A program made the translations under genes and the position numbers. This document shows positions 8,042 through 17,685 of a DNA stretch of 40,363 nt, one piece after another. Numbering within the stretch: position 1 is the stretch's first letter; each line of letters starts with the position of its first letter. The DNA lies in contig CAYLOA010000009.1 in assembly GCA_964385185.1 (NCBI GenBank), forward strand, positions 1-40,363. The letters run 5' to 3'. Under the pieces are notes generated by a model. That model had not been told where the DNA came from. It worked only from the letters and a program-made list of their open reading frames with translations, and did not search any database. This DNA comes from an uncultured Methanosarcinales archaeon. Lineage in GTDB: Archaea > Nanobdellota > Nanobdellia > Woesearchaeales > CALCXY01.

Positions 8042-9877
8042 ATGGTAGACACAAGAACTGGAACTACAGCGGCACTTATGGGGACAGGTTTAGTTATGAG
8101 CATTGTTGTGCCTGGTTTAGGACTTGCTACTATTCCTGCTTTAGCTACTGGGGGGATAGTAGGAACAACTACAGTAGGTAGTGTAGGCTATTATATTTAT
8201 TCTGGAAGTCACGCTGGAAAAGAAGGGAGAAGTATGACTAGAACTACAGCCTATACTTTGAGTGATGCTGGAAAGAGTTGGATTAAATGGGGCCTAGGAA
8301 ATATTGGAAAACAGATTGCCAGGGAATATAAAAAATTATTCAAAGAAGAGAAAAAGGAAAAGAAATCTATTCCAAAAGGAAAGGATAAGCTTGACAAAGC
8401 TACAGGGAAAACTACCAAAGCCATTGTAGAAGAAGTAAAAGATGTCACTGCTATTGAAACCCAAGTTACAGTCACTTCTGCTGAAACACAACAAATGACT
8501 AACAAAATGAGTGAATTTCTTAAAAAAAATGAGCAAGTGGAACAACAGATTGACCGGAATGAAATAGATATCAAAAATAACATTGCTCAGATTGTAAACT
8601 ACTTTAAAAAATATTTTAGAAAAGATGGAACAGCACCATTAGAAGCAAGTAAACAAATGGAGGATATGGCAAGTAGAGTTGTCCAAGATATTGAAAGAAT
8701 TGTTGCAGGTGAAAAAGAACTTCTTTCTTTATCAACCTCTGAGTTTAAAGATGGTGAAGAAATTCTTGTCCATCAGAAGCAAACTGTAGAAACCGCTAAG
8801 ATACTGGTTCGGAATGCTAGAAAGCAAGGTAAAAAACTAAAACGGAATGAATCTAAAGTTATTAAGTCCATCGAAAAAATTTTAAAAGGAAAGAGGAAAG
8901 AGAAAAAGAAATTAGAAAAAGTATTTTCTAAGACTACTGGCAAATATGCACGAGCTGCCAAGGAACGAGTACTAAATCGGATGGATGGAGAAGTTAGCTC
9001 CTTAAATGAAGAATATCAAAAGGTAAAAGAGTTGGAAAAATATCTTCACTCTGTGATTACTGCTTTACGGTTAAGTTTTAAAAAAATAAATATTCCCATT
9101 ACTTCTATTGCTAAAGCAAATAAAGAGGCGCAAAAAAAAGGGAAGACTTTCAAAAGAAGTATTGCTAAAGGAAAGTTACAGTTAAGTAAACTTGATAAAA
9201 GAAGTGGTCAACTCAAAAAATCTATGGGAAAAGTAACGGAAAATACACCAGTTATTCCATTTATGGGAAATTTTGTCACAGGTGTTATTGATATCCAAGA
9301 ATTACTAATAAAAAGTTATGCATTGCATAATACTTCATATCAGCAAGATCTTATTCCATTATTTAATGCCTTGAAACCTGTAGCATCTAATGGTGTAAAA
9401 GTAATTAGAATTACAGAATATATAGGAGATGCATTAGGTAAATTGGCGCAAGCTGTTCAACAGCTCGATAAGTTGGCATCAGTTGTCGCAGAAGGTTCTA
9501 CAATTGGTAATATAGCCCAAGTAAAAGAAGATTTAGATATTAATCTTAAAACTGAGGGAGAGATTATAGGAACATTGGAAGAAGAAAAAGGGGTAAGAAA
9601 TAAAGAATATAAGTTCTTTGGTTTAGTTGATCGGGATCATGGCCGAGTGAGTGGAGAATTGCAAGAAGGATTAGTAAGATTAGCCGATAGAGAAAATAAA
9701 GTTAAAAATCAATTTGCTGGAATGGAACAGATCTTGGGTATTTTAGACGATCTTAGCGAAAAGAGTCAAGAACGTCATAAAAAGATACTTGCATTTGAAC
9801 AGGCTGCTATTGATAAGAATAAGGCAGCACAGGCAACTGCATTAAAAGCTTCTCGTGAAGCAAGGAGGAGGAGCTAA
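8042..9877 (+). CDS. Hypothetical protein: N-terminal Gly-rich hydrophobic hairpin plus long helical/coiled-coil region
   Basis: 611-aa ORF starting 1 bp after the upstream stop; K/E/Q-rich helical body. Confidence 0.85.
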   Translation: MVDTRTGTTAALMGTGLVMSIVVPGLGLATIPALATGGIVGTTTVGSVGYYIYSGSHAGKEGRSMTRTTAYTLSDAGKSWIKWGLGNIGKQIAREYKKLFKEEKKEKKSIPKGKDKLDKATGKTTKAIVEEVKDVTAIETQVTVTSAETQQMTNKMSEFLKKNEQVEQQIDRNEIDIKNNIAQIVNYFKKYFRKDGTAPLEASKQMEDMASRVVQDIERIVAGEKELLSLSTSEFKDGEEILVHQKQTVETAKILVRNARKQGKKLKRNESKVIKSIEKILKGKRKEKKKLEKVFSKTTGKYARAAKERVLNRMDGEVSSLNEEYQKVKELEKYLHSVITALRLSFKKINIPITSIAKANKEAQKKGKTFKRSIAKGKLQLSKLDKRSGQLKKSMGKVTENTPVIPFMGNFVTGVIDIQELLIKSYALHNTSYQQDLIPLFNALKPVASNGVKVIRITEYIGDALGKLAQAVQQLDKLASVVAEGSTIGNIAQVKEDLDINLKTEGEIIGTLEEEKGVRNKEYKFFGLVDRDHGRVSGELQEGLVRLADRENKVKNQFAGMEQILGILDDLSEKSQERHKKILAFEQAAIDKNKAAQATALKASREARRRS

Positions 9878-9880
9878 TTA

Positions 9881-10183
9881 ATGTTAATTGACAATCCCAC
9901 TATGATTAATGGTAAAGTGGATGAGTTACTTGCTAGAGTTGTTGATGAGCATGTGAAGAATCAGGTTATGGAGAAGGGGATGACGATGGATACTGTTAAA
10001 GCATTGCTTAAACGTCAGCTTGTTTTAGTGGGTGATGATGGATATGTTCGGATGAAAACTAAAGAGCAGTTAGAGGTGTTAAGTGGGATGGGAGAAAGTT
10101 ATGAACGATTTCATTTGGCGGTTGGAAAATTAAAGAGTATTCAGGGAGAGAAACACGCTATATTACATTCTCATATGTATTGA
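9881..10183 (+). CDS. Hypothetical protein (100 aa)
   Basis: Starts 3 bp after the upstream stop, GGAGG-type RBS, host-like codon usage. Confidence 0.75.
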   Translation: MLIDNPTMINGKVDELLARVVDEHVKNQVMEKGMTMDTVKALLKRQLVLVGDDGYVRMKTKEQLEVLSGMGESYERFHLAVGKLKSIQGEKHAILHSHMY

Positions 10184-10190
10184 TTAGAAG

Positions 10191-11249
10191 TTATGTGATT
10201 TTATATCTTAGGATGGCAGCTATGCCCCCCAAACCATCTAGTTTCTTTCCACCATCGTGGTCTGATGAAATGATGTGCACATCTGTTTTTGTGGAGTCTG
10301 CAATTTTTAGTAAATCTTCTATTTCTGTTGACTCTTCATCACGTTTTTTGAATATGAGATTGTCGGTGATTAGTACAGATTTTGTTGCTCCAATGTTTAA
10401 GGCCTCTGTAGTTCCTTTAAGGCCGTATGTTGCTTTGTCTCCTTTTGCAATTTCAGCCAGTAGTCTTTCTACTATTTGTAATTCTTTGGCTGCCTTTTGA
10501 TTCTTTAGAGCTTGTTGGAGTTCCTCTCTTTTGAGGACTTCATTAATACCTGATCGATCTGCAGAAGAACAGGTAGCTTGGATAATTTTTTTCTTTATGT
10601 TATCATCCTTTACTTCTTTCATGAGATATTCTTTCCAAAATGAGGGAGAGGCAACAATAATTTGATCAAGATTGTATCTTTGGAAATATTCTTGTATCTG
10701 GGCGTAGATTTCTTGGTAAAAATTTGTGGTGTTTGAGTCCATATCTGCCTTTTTTTGGACTTTTCCTTTTAATTCTGAGAGGAGTGTGTAGCCAAATTTC
10801 TTTAAGAGTGCAAAATATGCTTCTTCTCGGTCAAATACAACCACCATTATTCCTTCTACTTTATCTGAGGCGGCTTCATCCAGTTTGTCGATTTGGTATT
10901 GCAGAAATTTTTGCTTCTTTATTTTTAATTGAGTATTTTCATCCACTGAGATTGTGTGGTAGGATCCCTTTGTAATGTCATCAGGGGCTTGAGTTATCGT
11001 TCCTGAAAGTCGTAGAGTATGAGAAGATTTGGCAAATTCAATTTTTTCTAGAGCAATTTCTAAGAACACTGCTTTTTTGGTTGTTTTCTTAGCTCTTTCT
11101 GTTTCTGAGTTTGCTTTTATTTTTCTAAATGTTTTTCCTTGGACAAGATCCTTGCTTTCTAGAATTTGAGAGAGGTAGTAGGTATCATCTGATGAGGTGG
11201 TCTTTATGGTAATCTCATTTTTCTTTAGATCTTTCTTGATAATTTTCAT
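10191..11249 (-). CDS. pelA: mRNA surveillance protein Pelota
   Basis: LRLSGTI...GSYHTISV, IIVASPSFWK, ATYG, KLDGLGGIAAILRY. Confidence 0.96.
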   Translation of the reverse strand: MKIIKKDLKKNEITIKTTSSDDTYYLSQILESKDLVQGKTFRKIKANSETERAKKTTKKAVFLEIALEKIEFAKSSHTLRLSGTITQAPDDITKGSYHTISVDENTQLKIKKQKFLQYQIDKLDEAASDKVEGIMVVVFDREEAYFALLKKFGYTLLSELKGKVQKKADMDSNTTNFYQEIYAQIQEYFQRYNLDQIIVASPSFWKEYLMKEVKDDNIKKKIIQATCSSADRSGINEVLKREELQQALKNQKAAKELQIVERLLAEIAKGDKATYGLKGTTEALNIGATKSVLITDNLIFKKRDEESTEIEDLLKIADSTKTDVHIISSDHDGGKKLDGLGGIAAILRYKIT

Positions 11250-11310
11250 GCTGTTCTATGGTAGGTTATACTATTATATAATGCTTTGCGGGCTGCGTGG
11301 GTGGCACTGA

Positions 11311-11327
11311 AAGAAAACTTTATATAG
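11311..11327 (+). promoter_or_regulatory. BRE/TATA promoter of the 11368-17550 cluster
   Basis: AAGAAAACTTTATATAG upstream of RBS AGGTG and ATG 11368. Confidence 0.55.
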
Positions 11328-11367
11328 AGCGAATCCAAAAATGAGTATATCCATTAGAAGGTGTACT

Positions 11368-12573
11368 ATGCTATTCACGAACAAAAAAGGGCAAAAACCG
11401 GGAGGCGCAGGTGGTGCGGCTGGACTTATTGCTCTTATTATGTTCTTTATTGTTTTGTATGTACTCTTTTTACCTTCATCAGATCGTGCCGAGTTACTTG
11501 GAGAAAGTCGGGTTGATGGAGATTCATTCTTTGGAAATAATGATGACCGAGTTCGTAGAGGTAATGTCATCTTTGAAGATAGTATAGGAAGGATAGATTT
11601 TCTGGGAGATGATAATTTTGAAAAATTATTACCTAATGTATTTTTACAGGAGAGAAGAGAGGCAGAAATCATTAAACAATTTAATCCGATCTATGTGAAG
11701 AATGGCGTTTTTGATAAAAAAGAGAAAGAGTTAACCTTTTCATTGGACAATCTTGATATTTTACAAAATGTTCAATTAGTTTTTAATGCGAAGGTTCGTA
11801 AAGGAGTATTGCAGATTGATTTTAACGGTGAGAGGATATTCGATAGTTTGGTGACTACCTTTAATGTAGAACCGGTTACAGTTGATAAAAGCATGCTACA
11901 GGAGACTAATGTGATTAAAATTAGTGTTGATGGTGTGGGAGCACGATTTTGGAAAACTCATGAATATAATTTAGAGGACATCCAATTGATTGGTAATATT
12001 TTAGACAAAAGTGCTCAAGAGAGTAGTAGTATCTTTACGCTTACGGGGACTGAATTTTTTAATGTGGAAGAAGCTCGATTGAGATTCATTCCTTTTTGTG
12101 GAAGACAAGATGTAGGAAAATTAAGTGTCTTTGTTAATAATGTGAACGTGTTTAGTAGCATCCCACTTTGTGACGATGTCTACAATATTAATTTAGCTCC
12201 GAATCTTTTGAATAAAGGTGCTAATACGGTTACTTTGTTAACTGAAAAAGGTTCATATACTATTGAACAAATTAGGGTTTTTGGAAACTTAAAAGATTCT
12301 CATAGTGTTACTCGATTTTTTGAAGTAACAGACAACAGATTTGATAGAATTCAAAAAGGGACTGATGATGCGTATTTAGTATTAGAGTTTATTGATAATA
12401 ATGAAAATAAGGATGCAGAACTTAATATTAATGGACATCTTACACGATTGGATACTCGGGACAGAGTGTATAGAAGAAGAATTAGTAGTTTTATTGAAGA
12501 AGGTAATAATTTTGTGACCATAAGTCCAAGATCCACACTCTACATAAATACACTAGCAGTAGAAGTGGAGTAA
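11368..12573 (+). CDS. Exported beta-rich protein with class III (pilin-like) signal peptide
   Basis: MLFTNKKG/Q followed by hydrophobic AAGLIALIMFFIVLYVLFL; three repeated beta modules each ending in a (L/I)xxGxN-like motif. Confidence 0.8.
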   Translation: MLFTNKKGQKPGGAGGAAGLIALIMFFIVLYVLFLPSSDRAELLGESRVDGDSFFGNNDDRVRRGNVIFEDSIGRIDFLGDDNFEKLLPNVFLQERREAEIIKQFNPIYVKNGVFDKKEKELTFSLDNLDILQNVQLVFNAKVRKGVLQIDFNGERIFDSLVTTFNVEPVTVDKSMLQETNVIKISVDGVGARFWKTHEYNLEDIQLIGNILDKSAQESSSIFTLTGTEFFNVEEARLRFIPFCGRQDVGKLSVFVNNVNVFSSIPLCDDVYNINLAPNLLNKGANTVTLLTEKGSYTIEQIRVFGNLKDSHSVTRFFEVTDNRFDRIQKGTDDAYLVLEFIDNNENKDAELNINGHLTRLDTRDRVYRRRISSFIEEGNNFVTISPRSTLYINTLAVEVE

Positions 12574-12597
12574 GATGTTCTTTAGAGGTACTATGTA

Positions 12598-14532
12598 ATG
12601 GCAGAGGCTGATAAATTAGCAGGAAAAGTTGAAGATGCTAAAGAGGATGCTGAAAAAGAAGAAATTAAAGAGTCCAAAAAAGAAAGTAAGTTTGCAAGAT
12701 TTAAGGAACATATGACTGACTTAAATAAAAGTGAAATTCTAAAAGGTTGGAAGGCGAGCAAAAATGCACGAGATGCTACTGTGCGTGGAGCCAAGATTGG
12801 TGCAAAAAAGAGTTGGGAGGCAACTAAAGGTGCAGGATCTGCGGCTTGGGGAGCAAGTAAATGGACTGCAGGAAAAGGCTGGGGTGCCACTAAAGTTGGA
12901 GCAAAAGTAGGAGCAGGAGCTGTAAGTGTTGGAGCTGCAGGAGTAGGTGGCCTTGGTATGCTCGCAGGAGGTGTTATAGGAACGCTTAGTAGCGCCAATA
13001 TGTATTTTATCCTAGGAATGTTATTTCATTTCTTTGTAGATGGAATAAATCAATTTCAAACAAGTCCAGTGGTACGATTTACTTTTTATTTAGTGATGTT
13101 TTTTATTGGATGGGTGTGGATATTTAGTCAGGGTGGACCCACTCGTCAAGGATTTGCTAAATCTCTTGGATTAAATGCCATTGCTTTTTTTATTCCTTAT
13201 TTACTTAATATAGGAGGCTTACCAGGTATCATTGGGGCCCGAAATATTTCTATAATTCTTGCAGTCTTGCCTGCGTATTTGGTTTACTTCTTTTTTATTG
13301 AGCCTAATATGATAAGTCCCAAATGGGAAACGGTAAAGAAAATATATATTCTTATTTTTATCCTTATATTTGCCAATTGGGCATATCACGCTGGAAGTTC
13401 GCAACTTGCCCTTGAGACCTTAGAATTTATTCCTGGACTTGATGGACCGGTTAGTGCTGATATTTTTGGAGTATGGGCAGACATTATTAATACTGTGCTC
13501 GAGACGTTGAAGGCTATCTGGGCTTGGATTGTTGATTTACTCACCAATTGGAGTGCACGTATTGGAGGGCTCTTTAACTCGACTATAGGTGCCAATGTAT
13601 ATACTGGCCAGACGGATGTCAATGCTGTTCAAAAATTAGGAGTATTCTTAGAACCTGTAAAATCTACTGATAAAACATATGGACTTAATGAACCGGTCGG
13701 GGTGTTTAGTACCTTAAGTGCAAATACACTTGATAGAGCTATACATGCTAATATACAGTGTGAGGGCGATAGTGGAAATAAAGATGCTGATGGTAAGGCT
13801 ATTAAGGTTCAAGCTGATGCTATTTATCCTCAGAAGAGTTATACGTTTGAAGAGTTTAGTTCTGAAGATATTGATTGTAGTTTTGCCGCTGATGCTTTTA
13901 TTAAAGGAACCCATAGAGTTGAGATGAAGGTAGACTTTGATTTTGAAACACAAGCGTATTTTAAATCCTATTTTGTCGATAAGGAGAGGAGTAGAAGTTT
14001 TAGACGAACAGGAAGGAATGTGTTGGACGTGTATAAAATTACAGACAAAAAGCCTATAGCAATCTATACTGATGGACCGGTTCAAGTGGGAATAGGAATT
14101 GGAAAACCACAGCCCATTGAGCTGGATTTACAAAATGATGGATCCAATAGATTGACTCTAGGGATTACCTTGCGAAACAAATGGGATGGAGAGGTCAATG
14201 CTTTTAACAAAATAGCTGTGATGATGCCTCAACAGATGGATATCCAAAATAGAATGTGTGGAACTATTGAAATGAAACCAGGAGAGTGTAGTGATATGAA
14301 AGTTACTTGTGATCCTAAATTATATCGTGTCTATGTTGTTGACTTGGTGCAAAATAAAGAAAGCTTTGAAAACATCAAAGGGTTTAAGTCTTTACGATGT
14401 CCTATTACGATCAATTCTGGTAGTTTATTGTTAGGAAATAGCCCTGTATTGACTGAGTTTTTTAGGGTGCATGCTGATTATGAGTATTCTTTAAGTCGAT
14501 CGACAAGTATTACGGTGAAGGAGGTTTCATGA
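12598..14532 (+). CDS. Polytopic membrane protein with N-terminal 11-mer repeats and extracellular C-terminal domain related to the downstream lipoproteins
   Basis: Trp-periodic 11-aa repeats, about 5 TM helices, C-terminal DGPVQV...DYEY motifs with Cys pairs. Confidence 0.85.
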   Translation: MAEADKLAGKVEDAKEDAEKEEIKESKKESKFARFKEHMTDLNKSEILKGWKASKNARDATVRGAKIGAKKSWEATKGAGSAAWGASKWTAGKGWGATKVGAKVGAGAVSVGAAGVGGLGMLAGGVIGTLSSANMYFILGMLFHFFVDGINQFQTSPVVRFTFYLVMFFIGWVWIFSQGGPTRQGFAKSLGLNAIAFFIPYLLNIGGLPGIIGARNISIILAVLPAYLVYFFFIEPNMISPKWETVKKIYILIFILIFANWAYHAGSSQLALETLEFIPGLDGPVSADIFGVWADIINTVLETLKAIWAWIVDLLTNWSARIGGLFNSTIGANVYTGQTDVNAVQKLGVFLEPVKSTDKTYGLNEPVGVFSTLSANTLDRAIHANIQCEGDSGNKDADGKAIKVQADAIYPQKSYTFEEFSSEDIDCSFAADAFIKGTHRVEMKVDFDFETQAYFKSYFVDKERSRSFRRTGRNVLDVYKITDKKPIAIYTDGPVQVGIGIGKPQPIELDLQNDGSNRLTLGITLRNKWDGEVNAFNKIAVMMPQQMDIQNRMCGTIEMKPGECSDMKVTCDPKLYRVYVVDLVQNKESFENIKGFKSLRCPITINSGSLLLGNSPVLTEFFRVHADYEYSLSRSTSITVKEVS

Positions 14533-15479
14533 ATCTGAGAATTTTTGGATTAATTGTTTGTTTGATCATTGTTTTAGCTGGATGTAGTCAGGGTAGGGGG
14601 CAGATTACTGTTAATAATGTTCGACGAGGGATTGATGGATTGCAGATGGAGTTCTTAGATGAATTTCCCCCTAAAGAGCTCTTTGAGGCGAGTGATATTG
14701 TGCTTGGAGTTAGTCTAGAAAATGGAGGGGCAACCGCTATTGAAAATGGAATTTTAACTGTTAGTTTAGAGCAAGATTATATGAGATTAGTAAGATGGAA
14801 TACAGATAGAGATATTCGTAACTCAAGGACTAATACTGCATTATTTAGTTTGGATGGAAAAACGATTGGAAATGATGTTGGGGGAAAGATTATTGCTACT
14901 GCTGATGTAAAAACATTAGTTTTGGAACGTCAGACAGAAACACATACTTCCAATATTGTTCTTACGGCTTGTTATGCGTATCAAAGTATTCTCCAAGATA
15001 GTGTTTGTATTGATACCAATGTTTTTGGGACGGATGCTCGAGAGAAAAACTGTGAAGTGAAAGATCTTAGATTAAGTGGACAGGGGGGGCCCGTAGGGAT
15101 TACTAAAGTTGAGGTGCGTATGTTGCCTCATTCCGATAGAGGGAAAATCATACCTCAATTTACACTTACTCTTGCCAATGGAGGGAAAGGGGAGATTATT
15201 GATGTGGGACAATTGGATGCGGCGTGTAGTAGTTCTGCATTGGATAGTAAAGCTTTTAATAAAGTTACTGTGGATGCTGTTTTGGGAGATCAAAGACTCA
15301 ATTGCAATCTTCGTGATGATGAGTTCTTTTTATTGCCAAAACGGAAGAGTTTTACTTGTAGATTATCAGAAGGGATTTCTAAAGAACGAGGAAGTTATAC
15401 AGCACCTCTTGTGGTTACTTTAGATTATGGGTATACTCAAAGTATTGGGAAAAAGGTTGAAGTAAGACGGATAACGTAA
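14529..15479 (+). CDS. Putative lipoprotein, paralog 1
   Basis: Lipobox VLAG/C; motifs GLQMEF..PP, ACYAY, VCID, GGPVGIT, LDYGY; ATGA overlap with the upstream gene. Confidence 0.88.
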   Translation: MNLRIFGLIVCLIIVLAGCSQGRGQITVNNVRRGIDGLQMEFLDEFPPKELFEASDIVLGVSLENGGATAIENGILTVSLEQDYMRLVRWNTDRDIRNSRTNTALFSLDGKTIGNDVGGKIIATADVKTLVLERQTETHTSNIVLTACYAYQSILQDSVCIDTNVFGTDAREKNCEVKDLRLSGQGGPVGITKVEVRMLPHSDRGKIIPQFTLTLANGGKGEIIDVGQLDAACSSSALDSKAFNKVTVDAVLGDQRLNCNLRDDEFFLLPKRKSFTCRLSEGISKERGSYTAPLVVTLDYGYTQSIGKKVEVRRIT

Positions 15480-15510
15480 AATTTATATAACAGGATGAGG
15501 GATAAGAGAT

Positions 15511-16491
15511 ATGCGAAGAATTACTCTATTGTTTTTGGTTGTTTTGATGTTATTGCTAGTTTCTTGTGGAGCAAGTACCCAGAATAATTCAGGAATTGTA
15601 AATACTAATTTTAGAACGGGTAGTGTTGGATTGGAATTAAGGATGATTCAAAATAATCCTCCTTTGAGACAATTTGATGATGAACCTCTTAATGTGTTAG
15701 TTGAGGTACATAATGATGGAGCTACTGATATTGAAGATGGACAAGCATTTATGTATTTGAGTGGATTTGATCCTAGTCTTGTTACAGGAATTAGTACTTT
15801 TGGTGAACGGTTAGAGGCTTTAGAAGGGAGAGATATTGATTTGCCAGAAGGTGCTTTTACCGTTGTCAATTTTGTAGGTAATGTTCGAGATTTGAGAAGT
15901 AGAAATATTGAGCAATATGAACCTAATTTGTTGGTTACTGCCTGTTATGGGTATGAAACGATTGCTAATCCTGAAGTGTGTATTGATGGAGATCCGTATT
16001 CAGTCAGTCAGACACAAAAGGTGTGTAGAGGGGATCAAAGTCCTAAGAATCTTAAAGGGAGTCAAGGAGGACCTGTTGCCGTTACTAGGGTGGATGTAGA
16101 GCCAAGTCCTGGAATTACTCGATTTGAGATTACTGTTGAAAATGTAGGTAGAGGGTTAGCGTACAAACCAGGATTGAACTTTTTAGATAGGTGTAATCCG
16201 TACAATATTGACGGTTTGGATCATAATGATATTAATTTGGTACGATTGGATGAATTGAAATTAGGGACTACTGATATTAGGAGTAGCTGTAAACCTTTGG
16301 AAAATGGCCATATTCGGATTAAATCTGATAGAACGGGAGCTGTGGGTGGAAGTTTACGAGGAAGTGGCATTATTCGGTGCGAATTACGAGATATTAACCA
16401 ACCTGCTTTTACCAGTCCTTTGAGAGTACAATTAAGTTACGGTTATCGAGATTCAGTAAGTAAAAGTGTGAATATTATACAGATTCCTTAG
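15511..16491 (+). CDS. Putative lipoprotein, paralog 2
   Basis: Lipobox LLVS/C; motifs GLELRM..PP, ACYGY, VCID, GGPVAVT, LSYGY. Confidence 0.88.
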   Translation: MRRITLLFLVVLMLLLVSCGASTQNNSGIVNTNFRTGSVGLELRMIQNNPPLRQFDDEPLNVLVEVHNDGATDIEDGQAFMYLSGFDPSLVTGISTFGERLEALEGRDIDLPEGAFTVVNFVGNVRDLRSRNIEQYEPNLLVTACYGYETIANPEVCIDGDPYSVSQTQKVCRGDQSPKNLKGSQGGPVAVTRVDVEPSPGITRFEITVENVGRGLAYKPGLNFLDRCNPYNIDGLDHNDINLVRLDELKLGTTDIRSSCKPLENGHIRIKSDRTGAVGGSLRGSGIIRCELRDINQPAFTSPLRVQLSYGYRDSVSKSVNIIQIP

Positions 16492-16566
16492 AATTACCCA
16501 TATGATGGAAATCTTTAAATAGCCGTAATATGAAAAATAGATATATATTACTTTGGAGGACAAAAA

Positions 16567-17550
16567 ATGAGGAAAACTTTACTTTTATTGACTGTTAGCA
16601 TTATGTTGCTTGTAGCTTGTACCGGTGGTAGTAATACTGGTACTGTGGGTCCTGATAAAACACCTTTTAGAGGTGGAGAGAATGGACTGCAGATGGAATT
16701 TTTAGATGGAAGTCCTCCAGATGAGATTTTTGATAATAAGAATTATCCTTTCGGCGTTGTTGTTCAACTAGAAAACCTGGGAGAAGACGATGTTGATGTA
16801 GGAGATGGATTTATTCGAGTAACTGGAATCAATCCTGTTGACTTTGGATTAAGTGGACAGGCAGATTTAGAACGACCTATCCCTCCTATGGACAGTACTA
16901 AGAAAAACTTTGATGGTACGTTAGTTGATGGAGATACAGATAATGTTGAATTTCCTGGTTTGAACTATCAATTAGATCTTCCTGGAAATATTCTACAACC
17001 AAGAATTAGAGCTGAAGCTTGTTACAACTATAGGACAAGAACTGCAACTTTGATTTGTATTAAACCTGATTTACTCTCTAAAACAGAGACAAGGGATATT
17101 TGTGATGTTAGCAGTGAAAAAGATCCTCAAAACTCAGGTGGACCACTTCAAATTACCAGTATGAAGCAAACTGCTATTAGTAGTGGTAAGATTCAGGTAA
17201 ACTTTGTTGTTGAACACGTTGGAGAGGCTAACGATCGATTCTTTAAGGTAGGAACTGATTGTGATGATAGAGTTACTAATGTTGATAAGGAGAAGGTGTT
17301 AGTTAGAGTAACTTCTGATGTTAACGGAGCTATTCCAAAATGTACGGGTCTTCAGGAATCAAATAGTGCTGGTAATGAAGGATTTGTAACTTTATTTGAT
17401 CGAGTACCAAGAACTGTTGTTTGTGAGATAGATATCTCTTCAATTGACAGTACTTTTGAAGAACTCTTTGAAGTTGAATTGGATTATAGATATTTCCAAT
17501 TTATTGAGAGAAGTGTTCTGATTAAGGATGTTGGTGGATCAGATAGTTAA
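16567..17550 (+). CDS. Putative lipoprotein, paralog 3
   Basis: Lipobox LLVA/C; motifs GLQMEF..PP, ACYNY, ICIK, GGPLQIT, LDYRY; strong RBS GGAGG. Confidence 0.88.
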   Translation: MRKTLLLLTVSIMLLVACTGGSNTGTVGPDKTPFRGGENGLQMEFLDGSPPDEIFDNKNYPFGVVVQLENLGEDDVDVGDGFIRVTGINPVDFGLSGQADLERPIPPMDSTKKNFDGTLVDGDTDNVEFPGLNYQLDLPGNILQPRIRAEACYNYRTRTATLICIKPDLLSKTETRDICDVSSEKDPQNSGGPLQITSMKQTAISSGKIQVNFVVEHVGEANDRFFKVGTDCDDRVTNVDKEKVLVRVTSDVNGAIPKCTGLQESNSAGNEGFVTLFDRVPRTVVCEIDISSIDSTFEELFEVELDYRYFQFIERSVLIKDVGGSDS

Positions 17551-17595
17551 TTAATTTCTTTTTACTTTTATTATTTTTTAGGAAGAGTAGCTGGA

Positions 17596-17677
17596 GGCAT
17601 GCACAGCATGCCCACTCTCACGGCACAACATTATAGCATTGCGGTGAGGTTATAAGCTGTGCCTACTGTCCTGAGAG
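17596..17677 (+). repeat. Intergenic double hairpin with C-ACA-G loop (copy 3)
   Basis: GGCATGC-ACA-GCATGCC, then an extended stem CTCTCA/TGAGAG, GGCACA/TGTGCC, TTATAGC/GTTATAA. Confidence 0.75.
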
Positions 17678-17685
17678 AAACTCCC

